DNA of 64,000 nt. Origin: Nitrosopumilus sp. Lineage in GTDB: Archaea > Thermoproteota > Nitrososphaeria > Nitrososphaerales > Nitrosopumilaceae. The notes beneath the pieces were generated by a model. It was given only the letters and a program-made list of their open reading frames with translations. It was not told the origin of the DNA and did no database searches. The stretch lies in the NCBI GenBank assembly GCA_965219345.1, contig OZ244732.1:1472001-1536000 (forward strand), in the 5' to 3' direction. Positions 31,522 to 41,192 of the stretch are shown here, piece after piece. The position numbers and the translations under genes were made by a program. Position 1 is the first letter of the stretch. The number at the start of each line of letters is the position of its first letter.

Positions 31522-32055
31522 TTAATTGAATGACCGGAGCTCGGATTTGAGCGAGTCTACGTCATAGGATGATTTCACATAGCTGTTTGCTGCAATCCCA
31601 TCCTTGATTTTGTAGACACCAGACTCAATTCCAGTGAGGTAGTAATTGTCCTTGTAGATACTATCAGTATCCTTTGACAAAAAGACAATGACCTCGTCTC
31701 TTTTATTCAATTCTGTGTCGTGCATCGACTCTTGGCTGATGTTGTTGTAGGTTCCACCATCTACAACAAACTCCATGGTTTTAGAGTATTGGCCTTTGAG
31801 TGATTCACTTTGGTGTAGTTCCCATACAGTATACACTGAGGGAAACGCCACGTTTCCACTAACCTCCCATTCAACATATGACCTGCTGTCTCCGAGGGTT
31901 CCATGTGCTACCAATATGCTTCGATCTACCAGATCTTCGTTACCGTAAACGGGGGAGTATGCTTCGGTAACTATGCTCATGGGTATGATTCCTCCAAAAT
32001 ACGCTCCTGGAATAACTAGAATGGTAGCCAGCGGTATCAATATCTTTTTGTTCAT
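31522..32055 (-). CDS. Secreted or membrane-anchored hypothetical protein
   Basis: N-terminal hydrophobic segment (KKILIPLATILVIPG), then a soluble beta-rich domain. Confidence 0.7.
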   Translation of the reverse strand: MNKKILIPLATILVIPGAYFGGIIPMSIVTEAYSPVYGNEDLVDRSILVAHGTLGDSRSYVEWEVSGNVAFPSVYTVWELHQSESLKGQYSKTMEFVVDGGTYNNISQESMHDTELNKRDEVIVFLSKDTDSIYKDNYYLTGIESGVYKIKDGIAANSYVKSSYDVDSLKSELRSFN

Positions 32056-32175
32056 ATCAATACTTGTTTGCCAGGCTCCATTGCTTGTTGAATTAAAAAT
32101 CCACTAATATTTTTTTCATTTTCTGGAACCCGGCAGATTTTGACAGTACGGGTCAGGCAGGCTCGTAAATTCTCT

Positions 32176-33407
32176 TCAGTCGGGAGGGCATCTCGCAATA
32201 ATGCCACTTATATCAATGCCACACTTGGCCGCCACGTTTTCCAAATGCACCCTGTCGTAGGGCGTCCAATGGCACAGCGTTCCGTCGTGACTGCCGCACC
32301 AATCAATGAAATCGAGCATCATTTTGCGTTACCCGTCTCGACTTTTGGCCAGAAACGGTACATATTTTCCGTCTTGCATAGTTCCTATGAGGAAATCGCC
32401 ATCGGGATCTCCCGCGATGCCTTCAAGATCTATAAACGTGGGATTCTCCGGCAACGGGATATCGCACAGTTTGACTTCTTTGCCGCTTGACAACGCTGCC
32501 GCACACGACACATGACGTGCCGTTATGCCATTTGGCAGTGTTTCCAATCTGGTCAAGTCGTCTATGGTCTGCACCCCGATGTCTGCCAACATCTGACGCT
32601 TTACTGGACCTATCCCGTTAACCAGTGATATGTCGCCTGACTTGATCGCCATCTGGTCGACATATTGACTCCATGGACGCGGTGTGTGTCCGTAAATAGG
32701 TTCAGGCATAACGGCACCGTTCGCTAAATCATGGACTTTATTGATGAATTCCTGCATCTGATCCGCATATTGATCGTAAGGACACTCTCTTTCGTCTCCA
32801 TTGCCATTCACGATGACAAAATCGGGGGCATAGCCTTGTATGATTCCCAGCATGTGAGTACGCCGCCCCCTGCCAGACGTGCTGCGGTTTGATGATGTTG
32901 CTGCTATTATACGGCCTCCGTTACGGGTATAAGGTTGTCATCCTGCCAGACGTGCTGCGGTTTGATGATGTTGCTGCTCTTCATTTCATATGGAACGTAC
33001 GAATGCTTCCAGAACAGCGACTGTTTCTCGACGCGCACGAGCAAGTCGGGGATGCCACACACGCTGCCTCCGAAGAGGCACACACCACGCAGTTGTTTCA
33101 CCCCCTTCTGCATGTCTTCAAGTCCAGCTAGGAATGATTCAGTACGCGTTTTGACAGTCTTGGTTTCCATGACCAGCCCTTCAGACATTTCCATAGTGAC
33201 AGTCTCTTCATGTTCGAGGCCGCGTATCACAAGAGTCTGGTCTTCGTCTTGGTGCACTGGATCTACATGATGGTTACACCATACGGCAAACGGAGAAACC
33301 CTACACAGTCCTATTTCAGACGCTATGGCACGCACGCCGTCTGCCATACATCGTTCGAATATCTGTTCGGCATTTTCAGTTTTTCGTCTTCGCTTCCAAA
33401 ATGGCAT
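32176..33407 (-). pseudogene. TM0106-like RecB/Cas4-type nuclease with HhH and RNase H-like domains, disrupted
   Basis: SPFAVWC, GIPDLL...YEMKSS (PD-(D/E)xK), VNGIGPVKRQML (HhH), FIDLEG, and HWTPYD after an in-frame stop at 32329; 73 bp insertion plus a second frameshift. Confidence 0.8.
32869..32978. repeat. Repeat-spacer-repeat unit 3: 37 bp duplication flanking a 36 bp insert
   Basis: CCTGCCAGACGTGCTGCGGTTTGATGATGTTGCTGCT at 32869-32905 and 32942-32978. Confidence 0.95.
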
Positions 33408-33789
33408 ATACTGACAGACTGAATGCGTTTAAAAAGTCATGATGGCGTGCAGATCTGATAAATTGTCGGGCATGGTTGTGTTAATGAGGATGGTATTCTT
33501 GGCACTGTTCAAAATTGTAGATCACAGTGGAATCCCAGGCTCTGGTAAATCTAGGTGATCTACAGTTCTTGTTGGTCAAAAGTGAGCTTTTTAGATCTTC
33601 TCCCGATTCAGACTCGCACAGTCCAGGCCAATGCAGTCTGGCTGTTCAAAAGTGATCCACCCTTTGACCTGCTGTTCAAAAGTGATCCGCATACCCTGCT
33701 GTTAAATTTTTGTGATCACTTTTATCTTTCATAACATTAGGATCTTGCCATTTAACACGAAATCCAATAGAATTGCCAATGGCAACTAG

Positions 33790-34212
33790 CTAGTTTATTC
33801 CAGAATGCATGTCTTCCGGTTTCACCATCTTCGATAGTGTAAGTGCGATCCCTAAGGTGTCTCGTGGAAACCAAATACCTGTATGAGACGGATAATCTTC
33901 CTCCTGTAAGTCTTCAATCCGAAGTTCATTGTCATGTTCAGAATTTATGGTTTTTTTAGCATCCCCCACATTAAGAACTGCAAACCGTCCGTTTGTTGTT
34001 GTACTGTGATGTCTGCCAAACTCTTCTCTTACTTTCTTCATACCTCTTTCCAAATCTGGCATACCAAAATATTCAATCCAGTTAGATGATAAAAAATTTT
34101 CATCATCACGAAACTCAAAGGCAGCTGGCATTGGAAGATTATTTCCATTAAGTCTAGTGGCTGAACAATATCTTGCCACATGGCTGTCACTACAAAGGGG
34201 CTTGGTCATCAC
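33790..34212 (-). CDS. Hypothetical protein, candidate ART/RES-like toxin
   Basis: VARY...PAAF...LSSNW...SHTGI pattern; overlaps the upstream gene by ATGA; function is inference. Confidence 0.6.
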   Translation of the reverse strand: MMTKPLCSDSHVARYCSATRLNGNNLPMPAAFEFRDDENFLSSNWIEYFGMPDLERGMKKVREEFGRHHSTTTNGRFAVLNVGDAKKTINSEHDNELRIEDLQEEDYPSHTGIWFPRDTLGIALTLSKMVKPEDMHSGIN

Positions 34213-34937
34213 ATAATCAATTTATCTACAAATTCTTTGATATGATACATTATTTTATGTGAAGGTAATACTCCGCTGATTTTTCGCTGTGGTGATGTTG
34301 GATCCTGTTGACTAAACACAACTGCAAACATGATGTCACCAGATGTTAGAAAATTCATTGCCAAGGTACCATAGTCTGGTATCTCCCAAACTGCCTGCAA
34401 GAGTCCATTTGGGTTTATTCCAATATCTGGATTCGGAAGTTGGGATTCAGATATTATGAACCGGGCAAAATTTTGTAGCGAGCTAGATACAATCGATTTT
34501 TCTTCTTGTTCTTTCTCAATTATTTCGTGCAAAAATGTCAATCGCCTTGCAATGGCATTAGATCTGAATATTTTAATTTCACTAATGACATCTTTTACTT
34601 TTGTTGTATGCTCAATCGGTACATACAGTAAGGAAGGCTTTCCTGCATGTGCTTCATAACTAGATAATATACCTTCATCATGTTGGAATGAAATGAATGT
34701 GTTCAATCTTTCCTCCATGTTTGCAGTAATCGCCATCAACAGGTCATCTGTTTTTTTCATTTCTTTTATTTTATCATCATCGAGAATAACAAATCTGTCC
34801 GAGGTTGGTCCCCCAAATACCTTAGACCTTTCGTATTCTTGTTTTTGAGGTGTTACCAGATTGTATAGCTGTTCAAGCACTTTCAACCGTAGGATGTCTG
34901 ACCCAAAACCTGATGACTTGTAAATGATTGTAGACAT
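34209..34937 (-). CDS. Hypothetical protein (middle gene of the cargo operon)
   Basis: 242 aa ORF; C-terminal P.PDIGINPNGLLQAVW motif; tightly coupled to neighbours. Confidence 0.65.
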   Translation of the reverse strand: MSTIIYKSSGFGSDILRLKVLEQLYNLVTPQKQEYERSKVFGGPTSDRFVILDDDKIKEMKKTDDLLMAITANMEERLNTFISFQHDEGILSSYEAHAGKPSLLYVPIEHTTKVKDVISEIKIFRSNAIARRLTFLHEIIEKEQEEKSIVSSSLQNFARFIISESQLPNPDIGINPNGLLQAVWEIPDYGTLAMNFLTSGDIMFAVVFSQQDPTSPQRKISGVLPSHKIMYHIKEFVDKLIM

Positions 34938-34940
34938 GTA

Positions 34941-35588
34941 TTATGTACTCTCCAATATCTCATTCAACTTGGACTCAATAATATTTTTGGCACGACCCCA
35001 TCCAGTCAGCACGTGTTCCATACTCTCTACAGAGTCAAACGGACCATCATGATGAAGATTGCAATCTATGACCACCGATGGTGTTTTCTTATCACCACGA
35101 CGCATTGTTTTCCACCTAAAGTTGAGATTCAGTGTAGCTTTATCGGTTTTTATAATAAATCGAGGTATCATCTCAATATTGTTGTCTAGTTGTTCAGATT
35201 TTAGAAACTTTTGAGTCATCCATTGCAGCGGTTCGTTATTTTCAATTGACACAACACAATTGAGGCCTATGGCCTGATATGATACATGGGGAAGCTTTTT
35301 GATGTATGATGCAGCGAGACGGTGAATCTCGTCTTCGTGTTCATCCGTAAATGGCACATTGTAATTTTTACTAATATCAAGTATTTGTTGATCTACTAAC
35401 CACTTGATTCCATTGTCATATTGTATCATTGATACGGCCGGAGTACTAATTGTTTCAACTGTTTCCCATTTGCTATCTACTATGTTGTTGTTTGCCAGAA
35501 AGTCTCTGTTCAGTATGGAGGGGTTGTGAAATTTGGCGATAACGACAACGGTGACTGAGTGCAGCCAGAAAGATACTTCGCTAGACAT
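34941..35588 (-). CDS. Hypothetical protein resembling TIGR04255-like family
   Basis: SVTVVVIAKFHNPSIL..FL, LPHVSYQAIGLN, IDCNLHHD pattern; family call is tentative. Confidence 0.6.
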   Translation of the reverse strand: MSSEVSFWLHSVTVVVIAKFHNPSILNRDFLANNNIVDSKWETVETISTPAVSMIQYDNGIKWLVDQQILDISKNYNVPFTDEHEDEIHRLAASYIKKLPHVSYQAIGLNCVVSIENNEPLQWMTQKFLKSEQLDNNIEMIPRFIIKTDKATLNLNFRWKTMRRGDKKTPSVVIDCNLHHDGPFDSVESMEHVLTGWGRAKNIIESKLNEILEST

Positions 35589-35709
35589 GGGGTATCACAC
35601 GTTTTACAGTATAATTTTGTCTAGTGCAAAAAGAGTAGCATTGCCGAACCAACCTATTCACAACATTGACCGTAATTAATTAAAAGGTATCGGCATTATG
35701 CTCTAGTCC

Positions 35710-36777
35710 TCTATTGTACGGAAATTATGTCGCGCGCCAAGAGTCCGGCGTACTGCCCAAGAGTATTTTACACTACACAAGTCCAGGCATCCCATGCCAA
35801 TACGCCTGACCGACAAGGCCATCCGATACGCCGTCAGGCAGCTGGAGAAGGGCAAAGACACCAAGACGGTCGCAGAAGAGATCAACGTCACCCAGAGGCA
35901 TGTGCAGCGGCTGTGGGCCGAATTCAACAGGACCGGTTCGATCCACGTCCAGCAGCCTGCAGGACGGCCGGCAGATCTCCCACCGCCCGACGAGGAAACC
36001 AATATGGTATTAGACGTTCACGGACGCAAGCCGGAGGGTGTGCTACGGACAGCCAAGAGGCTTCGGAAGGAGGGACACGATATAAGCTACTCCCGCGTAT
36101 ACCAGATAATGAAGTCCAACGGCCTGGTCATCGACTCCCCGGCAAAGTCGAGGAAGCGCAAGTGGGTCAGGTACGAGCGCCTGTACTCGAATGCCATGTG
36201 GCATACTGACTGGCATGTGATGAAGGATCCGCGCATGAAGGATCTGAACCTGATCACGTATCTTGATGATGCCTCCAGGTGCGTTACGGGCGCGGCATTG
36301 TTCAAGGAGGCCACCTCAGAGAACGCGGTGGCGGTGCTCCGGCAGGCAGTCGGCAGGTTCGACGTGCCGGCGACCATCCTGTCCGACAACGGCTCGTGCT
36401 TCGTCGGCAGGGGCGGCCGCAAGAGGCAGACAGGCACCTGGACTCCGACCCTCTTTGAGAACGAGCTGCTGGACCACAACATAGGGCTGATCAATTCAAG
36501 ACCGTATCACCCGCAGACCAACGGAAAACTGGAGAGGTTCCACAGGAGCATCGAGGAGGAAATATGGCACTATGACGGGCTGGACGACTATGTCGAGTAC
36601 TACAACACGGACAGGCTGCACTTTTCACTGGACATCGACAACTACGAGACGCCGCTGATGGCGTTCCGCAACAAGAGGGCTACCGACGAGATAAGACAGC
36701 AGAATTCCAGATGGATGGAGGCAGATATCAATGACTGACGACCCAGACAGGGGGCGACATGATTTTCATATATTACA
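35710..36777 (+). mobile_element. IS481-family element nested in the cargo transposon
   Basis: Imperfect 24 bp inverted ends TCTATTGTACGGAAATTATGTCGC / GCGACATGATTTTCATATATTACA; visibly higher GC; no clear TSD. Confidence 0.75.
35794..36738 (+). CDS. IS481-family DDE integrase-type transposase
   Basis: N-terminal HTH, WHTDWH, YLDDASR, LSDNGSCF, YHPQTNGKLERFHRS, YNTDRLH. Confidence 0.92.
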   Translation: MPIRLTDKAIRYAVRQLEKGKDTKTVAEEINVTQRHVQRLWAEFNRTGSIHVQQPAGRPADLPPPDEETNMVLDVHGRKPEGVLRTAKRLRKEGHDISYSRVYQIMKSNGLVIDSPAKSRKRKWVRYERLYSNAMWHTDWHVMKDPRMKDLNLITYLDDASRCVTGAALFKEATSENAVAVLRQAVGRFDVPATILSDNGSCFVGRGGRKRQTGTWTPTLFENELLDHNIGLINSRPYHPQTNGKLERFHRSIEEEIWHYDGLDDYVEYYNTDRLHFSLDIDNYETPLMAFRNKRATDEIRQQNSRWMEADIND

Positions 36778-36830
36778 CTCTGCCCTCGGCGGCAAAAAGG
36801 TCTTAAACTTCCCATAGCCTGATCCAGTAA

Positions 36831-38444
36831 TTGGGCAAGACCATGACAAGGTACTATCCACAGAGTACCGGCATAGAATCCTCAAAGCCAAAGTCGTGCT
36901 ACTGCGGGCACGGCGACGACTTTAGGACGATATCCAGGGCAGACAAGAACGACACGCGCTACATGTGCAACAAGTGCAAGAAGAGTTACATTGTCAGGAA
37001 TCCAGAAACGGACAGACAGCAGATCAAAAAGATGGGCAGCATCTTGGACAACATCATACTCGGGATGAGTTCAAGGCAGACGTGCCTCAAGATGTTTATA
37101 GACTGGGGCCACGTCATAAAGCACCCCACCATACTCAGTTGGTCAAAGAACCACGTCCAGTACGCAAAGATGTTCACAGACGACATACTCTGCTGCCTAG
37201 AGTATGGGAGCGTGTGGGGGATAGACGAGACGGCAATGGACATACGCGGGTGGTGGCATGAGGCAGACCCCGAGATCCTCTCCCAGATGAGGACAATCGA
37301 GGAGAAGGCAAGGGAGTACGGGCTTCTAAAGGATCCCGAATTCAAGAAGGAATGGGAGAGGCTGCGCGCAAGGTCAGAAAGGTCAAAGAGGAGTGCAAAA
37401 AAGAAATGGCTTACGGCAGTCGTCGACCTGAAGACGAGACTGGTCATACACTACATCATCACCGACAAGCGTCCAGACAACAAGGACATCTACCGCCTCG
37501 TCAAGATGGCCACCGTCGTGGCAGGCATGCCCACAAACATCATAACTGACTGCTACTTGGCATACAAGCCCGCAATCCGAAGGCTTACCGGGGACATTGA
37601 AAAGCAGGGCGGGAAGCTGAACCACATACTGGTGCGCGCAAAAAACCAGAGCGAACTCCACTTTAAGCCGAAAAAACCCACAAACGGCGTTCCCAACCAC
37701 AACAACAGAATCGAGAGCGCATGGTCGACCATAAAGAGGAATATGGACATAATGTCCGGGTACGGGGAGTACCATTCTGACCACGTTATCAGCTACAACA
37801 TCATAAACCACAACTTCATCAAGCCGCATTCCTCCCTGAGAAAGTTCAGGACAGTCAGGCAGGGGCAGGCAAACATGGTAAACATGACTCCGGCCATGGA
37901 GGGGGGATACCCAAAGTGGTTTGCCAACTTTAACGAGTTGCTCACAGAATCGTGGGGGTATGACAAGTCGTTTATCTTCAAGCTCGGTCCGAGGATGCTG
38001 GACAGGCTCCGCGTCGGCATACGGGGTAGGAAGACGGTGGCCATAGCCGTCAAGAAGCGGACTGCAAAAAGCATGGTTGCAAAGATAGACAGGAAGCTTC
38101 AGACAGAGTGTGGGTTTGAATACGTACCGGAGAGAAAGGAGTGGAGGCGCGAGATACCGTCTATTATGAACATGAACAGGAGGCGCGAGGACAATATGGG
38201 TGCGGTAATGCCGATGCAGACATTTGAGGTGTGCAACAGGTGCGGACTGGCAGCACTTACCACGCAGACCGTGGTTGAACTCATCGGATACAGAAAATCC
38301 AATGGCAGGATAATCACGCAGCCAAACTGCCATAGGTGCAGAAACAAACTCTCAAGGAACCCCAAGCGCCGCACTGGGCAGAACCGCAAAAAAATGACTG
38401 AAAAGTCAGTCCTTTTGGGCATTCAGAAGAGGCTTGACTGTTGA
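36831..38444 (+). CDS. IS6/IS240-like DDE transposase, unusually long (537 aa)
   Basis: N-terminal Zn finger, WGIDET, WLTAVVD.KTR, IITDCYLAY, NNRIESAWSTIK, HNFIKPHSSL, C-terminal CNRC..CHRC; stop codon falls in the right TIR. Confidence 0.85.
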   Translation: MGKTMTRYYPQSTGIESSKPKSCYCGHGDDFRTISRADKNDTRYMCNKCKKSYIVRNPETDRQQIKKMGSILDNIILGMSSRQTCLKMFIDWGHVIKHPTILSWSKNHVQYAKMFTDDILCCLEYGSVWGIDETAMDIRGWWHEADPEILSQMRTIEEKAREYGLLKDPEFKKEWERLRARSERSKRSAKKKWLTAVVDLKTRLVIHYIITDKRPDNKDIYRLVKMATVVAGMPTNIITDCYLAYKPAIRRLTGDIEKQGGKLNHILVRAKNQSELHFKPKKPTNGVPNHNNRIESAWSTIKRNMDIMSGYGEYHSDHVISYNIINHNFIKPHSSLRKFRTVRQGQANMVNMTPAMEGGYPKWFANFNELLTESWGYDKSFIFKLGPRMLDRLRVGIRGRKTVAIAVKKRTAKSMVAKIDRKLQTECGFEYVPERKEWRREIPSIMNMNRRREDNMGAVMPMQTFEVCNRCGLAALTTQTVVELIGYRKSNGRIITQPNCHRCRNKLSRNPKRRTGQNRKKMTEKSVLLGIQKRLDC

Positions 38445-38755
38445 TCACAAAAATTTAACAGCAGGGTCTGCGGATCACTTTTGAACGGCAAGTCAGAAGG
38501 CAGATCACTTTTGAACAGCCAGACTGCATTGGCCTGGGCTGTGCGAGTCTGAATCGGGAGAAGATCTAAAAAGCTCACTTTTGACCAACAAGAACTGTAG
38601 ATCACCTAGATTTACCAGAGCCGAATCCCATAATCAATACGAGTCAGATCACCAAAAATGGACAGTGCCGGGTTGAATTAGATCTGATCCACAATTTTGA
38701 GCAGAGCCGACAGCAAGTATTCCTCCAAGTGCCACGTATCATCGTCCAAGTTTTC

Positions 38756-38865
38756 CTGGATCTACGCGTCCAACTGCATCGCTTGTTCTAGTTCCTATAC
38801 TGGGCCCAAGCCTTGGATATGGAAACCAGCTGGATCTACGCGTCCAACTGCATCGCTTGTTCTAG
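38756..38865. repeat. Repeat-spacer-repeat unit 4: 36 bp duplication flanking a 38 bp insert
   Basis: CTGGATCTACGCGTCCAACTGCATCGCTTGTTCTAG at 38756-38791 and 38830-38865. Confidence 0.95.
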
Positions 38866-38964
38866 CCCTTTAAAAACAACGGCCTGCAATGTAAAACGTG
38901 GTTACTTTAAACGACGATACCGTGGCATATTACGTTATATAACCTAATCATTTTAAAGTACAGA

Positions 38965-39351
38965 TTGAGTACGCAGTCAGTCTCACGAAAACAACTAATT
39001 TTAGAAATTCAAGGAAAATCTAAAATTCCTTGTGATCTCAAACGTCATTTATCTCCAAGAACTGTTGGAACTATAATGAGATCTTTGCCATTAGAAGGGC
39101 ATGCTCATCTTTTCGGACAAAGTACTTTGTATTTTGAAACTAGTATTGATTCTGGAATTGAAAGAGCAAGAACCGAATTCAAAAAAGGTGATGTTTCATT
39201 CTTGCCTTCATCAGGAAGCATCTGTTTTTTTATCAATGATGTAAAATCTGGAAAAACTATGACGCCTATTGGAAAATTGAGTGGTAATATTGATGCGTTA
39301 AAGGATGTTAAATCTGGTGATGTATTTCGTATCTATGAAGAAACTGCTTGA
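38965..39351 (+). CDS. Cyclophilin-like fold protein
   Basis: SPRTVGTIMRSLP...LYFET...KKGDVSFLP..GSICFF...PIGK. Confidence 0.75.
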   Translation: MSTQSVSRKQLILEIQGKSKIPCDLKRHLSPRTVGTIMRSLPLEGHAHLFGQSTLYFETSIDSGIERARTEFKKGDVSFLPSSGSICFFINDVKSGKTMTPIGKLSGNIDALKDVKSGDVFRIYEETA

Positions 39352-39644
39352 TACAAATGATGTCCTGAATAACCACCAACTCGTTTAACAGTACCTTTCT
39401 TTGCAGATTCTCTTAAAAATGCATTTGCAGCAGAAATTTTAATTCCTGTCTGTCTTGCAAGATCTTGAATTGTGATAACTTTGGAGTTTTGAATAATTTT
39501 CATCGCTTGCTGTTCGTTTATTGTGACTACGATCTCTGCTTTCTTTGGTCCGCCTTCTCCTTTGCCTTTCTTTGATTTCTTTGAATCTTTAGCTTTTTCT
39601 GGCTTGTCTTTTTTCGCAGCAGTTGGTTTCTTTGCTCCACCCAT
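39333..39644 (-). CDS. rps25e: Ribosomal protein eS25
   Basis: Lys-rich N-terminus; KVITIQDLARQTGIKISAANAFL winged helix. Confidence 0.85.
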   Translation of the reverse strand: MGGAKKPTAAKKDKPEKAKDSKKSKKGKGEGGPKKAEIVVTINEQQAMKIIQNSKVITIQDLARQTGIKISAANAFLRESAKKGTVKRVGGYSGHHLYQAVSS

Positions 39645-39756
39645 AATTTGAGAAAAAAATATTCCTCTTATAAACGATGAATAGTATCCTTTTGAACCGT
39701 TATTTATCAGAAATTCAAAAAATTCAAGTTATTTTCAAATATAAATAACATCTTGC

Positions 39757-39981
39757 TTGTCTAATGATATGGGAGTTGTGTCAAAAGGCGCAAAATGCAA
39801 TGTTGAAGGATGTGATCAAGATGGTGCTCGTTCTCTTAATACTGCCAAAGTTGAACGTGCAGGACTTCGTGTCAATTCCACAGGCAAAAAAACAGTTCTT
39901 TGTAAAGAACACTACAAAGAATGGAAAAAAGAATCAAAAGATGACCGAGATCTTGAACGTGCTAGATATGACAAGTTTTAG
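39757..39981 (+). CDS. Small conserved Cys/His protein
   Basis: MGVVSKGAKCNVEGC...LCKEHYKEWKKE...LERAR. Confidence 0.7.
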   Translation: MSNDMGVVSKGAKCNVEGCDQDGARSLNTAKVERAGLRVNSTGKKTVLCKEHYKEWKKESKDDRDLERARYDKF

Positions 39982-41072
39982 TTTTTCCTTTTTGATTTTG
40001 TAACATTGTTTGCTGTATTATTGAAATAATCATCACTCAACTTATCATATAACTTGCCTAATTTTTTGTAAAGTCGTTTTGGTTTTCTTGTTTTTTGGTT
40101 ACTTATAACATATAATGCAAGAATCGGAAATGCAATTGTTACATCGGCATAAACTGTTGCCATTCCGTGATGTGCATCTTGAACCTTGCCCCAACTCTTT
40201 CCTTCTTGCAGTGTTGCACCAGACAGTCCTCCAGTGTCTGGTCGCGCATCTGTAATCTGAATAATATAATCTTGTCCTCCATCGTTTCGTCTTAGAATTT
40301 GGTCCAATAGAGGACCTGTTTGTTGAGCTGTGTTCTTTGGAACCCCTCCTCCTAATTCTAAAATACCTGACTTCTTTGAACCATAAAGAATTGCTGCTTG
40401 TTCAAGAATCTCTCTAACAAAGTCTAGATTGTATGTCTTATCTCGTAACCTGTGAACTGCCAAATTCAACGCTAGTGATGAATCTTTTATTGTGGAAATG
40501 TATACTGGAACGTCATAATCGTATGCTGTTGTAATGAAACTCTTTTCAGGATGTTTTGCATTTTCTTTACTCATCTTTCCCATTAAATTACAAAATTCCG
40601 CAGTTGTGAATGATTTTTCTGGAAAGTCACCTCCAAACATTTTCTGAATTACTTGATCCTCTGCTTCCAATGTTTCATAAAATTTGATATACACATTTCT
40701 TATTCTAACAATTTCATTTTCATACAATTTCATATCATCCGCATTAGAATCTCCTTGTTTAACAGGCAAGCCCCACGCAAAATGATCTTCGTGATAGACG
40801 TTAGCTCCTGTTGTAATAATCCAATCAACAAATCCCCGCTCGATTAATGTTTTAATGATTCCTCCAAACCCAACAGGTGTCAATGCACCAGAAACTGTGA
40901 GACAAATTGTTGCATTTTCTTTGATCATCTTTGCATAAAGTTTAGCGGCCTCCCCAAGACTTCTTCCATTAAATCCTGAACTTGCAAACACATTGACTAA
41001 ATCTTCGATAGTCATCTCTGGGTGTAATTTTATGTGAGGAATATCGTTGCCATGAAATTTGTGTGGATCCAC
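39978..41072 (-). CDS. dys: Deoxyhypusine synthase
   Basis: SGALTP.G, TTGANVYH, GGGVPKN, DTGGLSGATLQEGKSWGK. Confidence 0.9.
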   Translation of the reverse strand: MDPHKFHGNDIPHIKLHPEMTIEDLVNVFASSGFNGRSLGEAAKLYAKMIKENATICLTVSGALTPVGFGGIIKTLIERGFVDWIITTGANVYHEDHFAWGLPVKQGDSNADDMKLYENEIVRIRNVYIKFYETLEAEDQVIQKMFGGDFPEKSFTTAEFCNLMGKMSKENAKHPEKSFITTAYDYDVPVYISTIKDSSLALNLAVHRLRDKTYNLDFVREILEQAAILYGSKKSGILELGGGVPKNTAQQTGPLLDQILRRNDGGQDYIIQITDARPDTGGLSGATLQEGKSWGKVQDAHHGMATVYADVTIAFPILALYVISNQKTRKPKRLYKKLGKLYDKLSDDYFNNTANNVTKSKRKN

Positions 41073-41192
41073 TTTTACAAATTAATTTTTTGCTGTAAAT
41101 AATACTTACTAAAGGATTCTTTGTGTGGAATGTATAATTGTGAATTTTTAAGCAAATATGACTTAATTAGGAATAATCTGAAATAATATCAA

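Larger units (their letters stand above)
33538..38622 (+). mobile_element. 5.1 kb IS6-like cargo transposon with 181 bp TIRs and an 8 bp TSD
   Basis: TIRs 33538-33718 and 38442-38622 (about 8 mismatches by eye); ends GGCTCTG...CAGAGCC; GAATCCCA directly repeated at 33530-33537 and 38623-38630. Confidence 0.92.

Noticed and set aside
37383-38333. 316 aa antisense ORF within the IS6-like transposase
   Set aside because: No recognisable motifs; fully overlaps a well-supported gene
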